Below, piece by piece: positions 43,771 to 45,900 of a DNA stretch of 45,900 nt. The stretch's first letter is position 1, and each line of letters starts with the position of its first letter. The notes beneath the pieces were generated by a model that had not been told where the DNA came from, made no database searches, and saw only the letters and a program-made list of their open reading frames with translations. The position numbers were made by a program, and so were the translations under genes. Source of the stretch: Eubacteriales bacterium (GTDB lineage Bacteria; Bacillota; Clostridia; Oscillospirales; CAG-272); assembly GCA_045661285.1 (NCBI GenBank), contig JAZRFI010000088.1:1-45900 (forward strand), written 5' to 3'.

Positions 43771-44832
43771 ATGGAAAAATTAAGACTGGGTCTTGTCGGA
43801 TGCGGCAACATGATGAAACACCACGTCAGCGGCGTCACCTCGATGGAGAACGTTGACATCACCGCCCTTTGCGATATCATTCGCGAACGCGCTGAGGACG
43901 TTGCCACCCTGTTCCCCGATGCCTTCGTCACCACCGATTACCGTGAGATCCTCGATCACGTCGATGCGGTTCTCGTTGCGCTTCCTCACGATTTGCACTA
44001 TGAGTGCGGCGTATTCTTTGCCCGTAACAAGAAGCACGTTTTGATGGAAAAGCCTCTTTGCAACTCGGAAGAAGAGTGCCTTTCGCTGATCGATATCTGC
44101 GAAGAAAACGGCGTTAAGCTGATGTGCGGTTACCCCGTCCGTTTCTGGGAAGGTATCGTACGCATGAAGGAAGAGGTCGACAGCGGTAAATACGGCAAGA
44201 TCATCATGATGTCGATCTGGACCGAGCAGCTGACCGGCTCTGCCGAGTTGAAAAGAATTCATCCTACCTGGGCTTATACCGCCCGTCTTGGCGGCGGCCA
44301 GTTCTTCAGCCATGGTTGCCATTACGTCGATATTCTCCTTTGGTTCCTTGGAAAGCCTGTAAGCGGAACCCATTTTGGTACCAAAAACGGTACGCCTTGG
44401 ATGATGAAGGAAGGCACCAGTATTGCCAGCATGAAGTTTGAAAACGGCGCGCTCGGCTACCACGGCGCTACTTGGGGCGCCCGCGGCACGCATCTGGGCA
44501 CCAACTTTCAGCTGCACACCGAGAAGGGTATGCTGATGTACGACCACAGACGCGGCGAGCTTCGTCTTTATGCCGGCGAGCTTCCGCACATTCCCGGCGG
44601 TCTTGATGACGTCGTTGACCGTTACACCGTGCTTTGGAAGCGTGAAAGCGAAAGAAGCAAGCAGACGCAGTTTGAGATCGCGCACTTTGCCGATTGCATC
44701 CATAACGACAAGGTTCCCTTCACGAATGGCCGCGCCGCTCTGCAGAGCCTTCGTTGCATCTGGAAAATGTACGATGCCGAAAAGACCGGAACGGTTGCCG
44801 ACCTTCGCGGCCTTGGTCTTGACGAGATCTGA
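43771..44832 (+). CDS. Gfo/Idh/MocA family NAD(P)-dependent oxidoreductase, paralog 2
   Basis: 353 aa and collinear without gaps with paralog 1 (MEKLRLGLVGCGNMM, VLMEKPL, GGGQFFSHGCHYVDI). Confidence 0.88.
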   Translation: MEKLRLGLVGCGNMMKHHVSGVTSMENVDITALCDIIRERAEDVATLFPDAFVTTDYREILDHVDAVLVALPHDLHYECGVFFARNKKHVLMEKPLCNSEEECLSLIDICEENGVKLMCGYPVRFWEGIVRMKEEVDSGKYGKIIMMSIWTEQLTGSAELKRIHPTWAYTARLGGGQFFSHGCHYVDILLWFLGKPVSGTHFGTKNGTPWMMKEGTSIASMKFENGALGYHGATWGARGTHLGTNFQLHTEKGMLMYDHRRGELRLYAGELPHIPGGLDDVVDRYTVLWKRESERSKQTQFEIAHFADCIHNDKVPFTNGRAALQSLRCIWKMYDAEKTGTVADLRGLGLDEI

Positions 44833-44844
44833 GCATAGAAAAAA

Positions 44845-44870
44845 GAAAAAACCGCAATTGCGGTTTTTTC
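44845..44870. terminator. bidirectional intrinsic terminator
   Basis: AAAAAACCGC-aatt-GCGGTTTTTT between the convergent Gfo paralog 2 and EamA genes. Confidence 0.65.
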
Positions 44871-44871
44871 T

Positions 44872-45762
44872 TTATTTTTTTGCTTTTTTAGAGGGCGCAA
44901 TATTTAAAACGATGATGGAAGAAAGGATCAAAAGGATACCGAGGATCTTCAAAAAATCGTGGCTTTCGTTATAAAACAGAATGCCGATGACCGAACCGAC
45001 CAAGGGCTCAACCGCAACCAATATGGCGGCACGCCCCGATTCCATTCCGCTAAGCCCGTAGGTATACAGGAAATACGGCATAACCGTACAAACGACGCAA
45101 ATACCGAGGATCAGCAAAAGGATCGTGGGATTTGCGGCAACCATAACGGCGGTTTTCGAAAGATCCCCAAGAAAGGAAAGCGGAAGCGCGCTGATCAAAA
45201 AGGTGTAAGCGGTAACCGTGGAAGAAGGATACTTTTGCAACGCGAACTTACCGAAGATCGAATACAGCGCGTAAAAGAAGCCGGCGCCGATACCGGTCAA
45301 GAGTACAAGCGGTGAGAGGGGTTTGGTGGATTGCAGGATCCCCGCAACGAAGATACAACCGAGAAAGGTCATCACGAGCGCTGTGATCTTGCGGACGGTG
45401 ATTTTTTCTTTAAAGAAGAGAAGCGAAAGGAGCATTACGAAGATCGGCGAGGTATAAAGCAACACCACGGCGATCGAGGATTCGCTTTTTACGACCGTAT
45501 CGAAATAACAGACGCAGAACATTGTGGTACTGATCAAGCCGGTTCCGATAAACATCCAAATATCCTTAAGACGGATCTTTAAAAGCTTTGGATCTTTGAT
45601 AAGAAGAACCGTCGTAAAGATCAAAGCAGAGCCAAGCATACGGACAGCCGCGATCTGCATAGAGGTAAGCCCCGCGGCCGACAGCTCGTTGACAAAAAGC
45701 CCCATGGCCCCCCAAAAGATGCCTGCGGCGATTACGATAATACTGGCTTTATGCTTATTCAT
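44872..45762 (-). CDS. EamA/DMT superfamily transporter
   Basis: 296 aa, about ten TM helices in two EamA-like halves. Confidence 0.85.
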   Translation of the reverse strand: MNKHKASIIVIAAGIFWGAMGLFVNELSAAGLTSMQIAAVRMLGSALIFTTVLLIKDPKLLKIRLKDIWMFIGTGLISTTMFCVCYFDTVVKSESSIAVVLLYTSPIFVMLLSLLFFKEKITVRKITALVMTFLGCIFVAGILQSTKPLSPLVLLTGIGAGFFYALYSIFGKFALQKYPSSTVTAYTFLISALPLSFLGDLSKTAVMVAANPTILLLILGICVVCTVMPYFLYTYGLSGMESGRAAILVAVEPLVGSVIGILFYNESHDFLKILGILLILSSIIVLNIAPSKKAKK

Positions 45763-45794
45763 AGCAAATCCCTCTCTTTTTCGTCAACGAGAAG

Positions 45795-45823
45795 AATATA
45801 CAACTTTTTTGTCCTTCTGTCAA
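45795..45823 (-). promoter_or_regulatory. sigma-A promoter of the EamA transporter gene
   Basis: Minus strand reads TTGACA (45823-45818), a 17-nt spacer, then TATATT (45800-45795). Confidence 0.65.
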
Positions 45824-45900
45824 GTGATGGCGGCGTTTTTTGCTGAAAATGCACGTTTTTCTTTTCCAATCTCTGTTATGGATAAAATTCAGAAACTTTT

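Overview
The window reads as a chromosomal segment from a spore-forming Firmicute, probably Clostridia-like. The evidence is ytfI/ytfJ-type sporulation genes, Bacillus/Clostridium-style synteny, and very consensus sigma-A promoters of the form TTGACA-N17-TATAAT. About 38 kb is tightly packed housekeeping DNA. One 8.3-kb minus-strand string runs lon-engB-M50 protease-scpA-scpB-ytfI-ytfJ-dacB-rluB. Diverging from it is an 18-kb plus-strand string: infC-rpmI-rplT (with an L20-type leader), trmH, dprA-topA-trmFO, plsX-rnc-smc-ftsY, rdgB, yhbY-nadD-yqeK-LCP-rsfS, and rplU-prp-rpmA. Next come a lipoprotein, tmcAL, coaE, an M18 aminopeptidase, prfA, sua5 and a lone divergent type IIA topoisomerase A subunit. 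I saw no rRNA, tRNA, CRISPR array, transposase, integrase or phage genes. The accessory-looking part is the last ~7.5 kb (38.3-45.9 kb). It holds an autonomous hyper-acidic protein and a BcrR-like membrane-bound XRE regulator next to a PAP2 protein with degenerate catalytic motifs. It also holds a nested pair of paralogous AraC sensors and Gfo/Idh/MocA oxidoreductases whose promoters share an identical 18-nt box. In the 509-bp lon/infC divergent spacer there is an unannotated promoter-hairpin-U-tract unit on the minus strand, a candidate small RNA or lon leader attenuator. I cannot demonstrate a clearly new multi-gene system from sequence alone. The best candidates are the AraC/Gfo module, the XRE-4TM/PAP2 pair and the orphan RNA unit. 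All product calls rest on motif and family recognition by eye, not on database searches.
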